A DNA stretch of 63,134 bases, the filler included, from Reticulomyxa filosa (lineage: Eukaryota; Protista; Foraminifera): assembly GCA_000512085.1 (NCBI GenBank). It is 19 parts of 19 records of this genome, joined end to end, with 100 filler letters (N's around TTAATTAATTAA, not from the genome) between each part and the next. Parts side by side here need not be neighbours in the genome. Positions count along the whole stretch, not along the records: positions 59,332 to 63,134 come from ASPP01004275.1; 18 more parts are not named here. The stretch is one strand, 5' to 3'. This document shows, piece by piece, positions 61,711 to 63,134 of the stretch (the stretch's first letter is position 1; every line of letters begins with the position of its first letter). The position numbers were made by a program, and so were the translations under genes. The notes below the pieces were generated by a model. That model was not told where the DNA came from. It ran no database searches and saw only the letters and a program-made list of their open reading frames with translations.

Positions 61711-63134
61711 TGAAAAACAAAAGTCAAAAGTGAATAATTTGATTGCAAATGGAAGAAGTTATATACAGTTGATCTCTAAAATTACAAAATGGAAAACTTA
61801 AAAACGTTATCCAAATTGCTTATTAAACCATAATTGCAAACTTTGTTTCAATTTTTGTTGTTTTTGAATTATACGTTCCCATTATAACTTGGGTCAATGA
61901 CAACATCTATTTTACATAATTTGTAGTTTTGCATATCTTCAATAGCAGCATAAAAAGAAACTCATACTTCAACTCTCTTTTTTTTTTCAACAAATTTTTA
62001 AAAAAATACCAACATTATGTAGAATATCAACACTGCTCAAAAATGATATACTTACTTTTTTTTCTATCATCAAAATTTACATAGTTTGCAGGAAATTTCA
62101 CTTTCTTCATTAAAATATAATAATACTATCAAAGAAAAAAAAGAAGTTCTTACTAAGAATGTTCACTAAGTGAAGACATAATCAATAAGTTAGTTTCATT
62201 TTATATGATAATTCTTTCGATCTTGTTAACAAAGCAAAGACATTACAGATAAAAAAATAAAAAAAATGGAACTAACACCTTTTTAAGGTCCACTTTTTTT
62301 TGTTAAAGAAAAAGAATTTAGTTTAAAACAAAGTAAAATGTAATTTGTGCAAATGTTGAGTTATTACAAGATATCTTCTTTACACAACTTCCTTGACACG
62401 ATCTCAGTATTTTCTTGCACAAATATCAATCACACGTCCTTGGTTTTATCTATTATTAAAAACTTCACAGCTCTTATTTAAGGAGTTCTATCCGTAATTG
62501 CTTATCATTATTACAGTTTATGTGTTTTTTTTTGCATAGCTTTTCTCTATCATTGTTATATTGCTTTGTCATCCAATGACCAATTCAACGATCAAATAAA
62601 TTACAGTTTTTGAATAGTACAGCTTATTCCTACGAACAAATTTTCCCACATTTGATTAATTAAACCATTTGTCTTGGACTATTTATTTTTTTTTTTTTGC
62701 AAAAAGACGAAGTGCATGTTGACAATTTTTCCACTTCTTTACACGTAGATATATCCCTTTAAATACATTATAACTATCTTGTCCGTTAATTTTGACATTT
62801 GAAGATCACGATACAACAACTCTTTTCAAGTAAAAGATTGAAAAAATATAATTTACCATTTAATCAAATTTTCTCTTTGTAAATTGTTTTTTCTTTAATC
62901 AATATTTTTAATTGATATGAAAGAAGTTTAGGTACTAATGAATGACACAGTCTCCTTCAAAATGAAATAAACAACGAAATATGTGAAATATTTAGTGAAA
63001 AGCATTTTGATAATTTATATTTGCATAATTCAGTTGTCATCGCATCAAACAAAATCAAAAAATAATCTTTTACTTTTTCCAAGGTATATATGTTTTTTTG
63101 TGTTATCCCCAAATACGAATGGGACCTTTACCTG

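Overview
This window is not one locus. It is 19 short draft contigs joined by 18 identical artificial 100-nt linkers (N44-TTAATTAATTAA-N44), so adjacency across a linker carries no biological meaning. Eighteen contigs are AT-rich eukaryotic DNA with short GT-AG introns and the standard genetic code. Their expanded Kelch, WD40 and RING-like families resemble those of the foraminiferan Reticulomyxa filosa; I recognised this by eye and did not search. Conserved genes are Vps18, V-ATPase subunit a, U6 snRNA, a class III nucleotidyl cyclase, a GST-like protein and a double-UBC E2. One contig (27560-30100) is bacterial and probably from an endosymbiont: it has an IS-truncated fumC, ygfZ carrying a perfect parS palindrome, and an arginase truncated by a miniature ISAs1. 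Most interesting: (1) a ~100-nt phase-0 exon (IIxHWIRxLxIKLGWIxDFxKxIxxY) reused as the C-terminus of Kelch proteins, the N-terminus of WD40 proteins and the hinge of a Kelch-WD40 fusion; (2) an NLR-like gene with a CHAT caspase-fold domain (intact His/Cys) and a STAND NTPase whose Walker A Lys is Cys; (3) a SUEL-lectin-like receptor kinase with tyrosine-kinase motifs; (4) a four-copy ~200-bp solo-LTR-like family with 4-bp target-site duplications.
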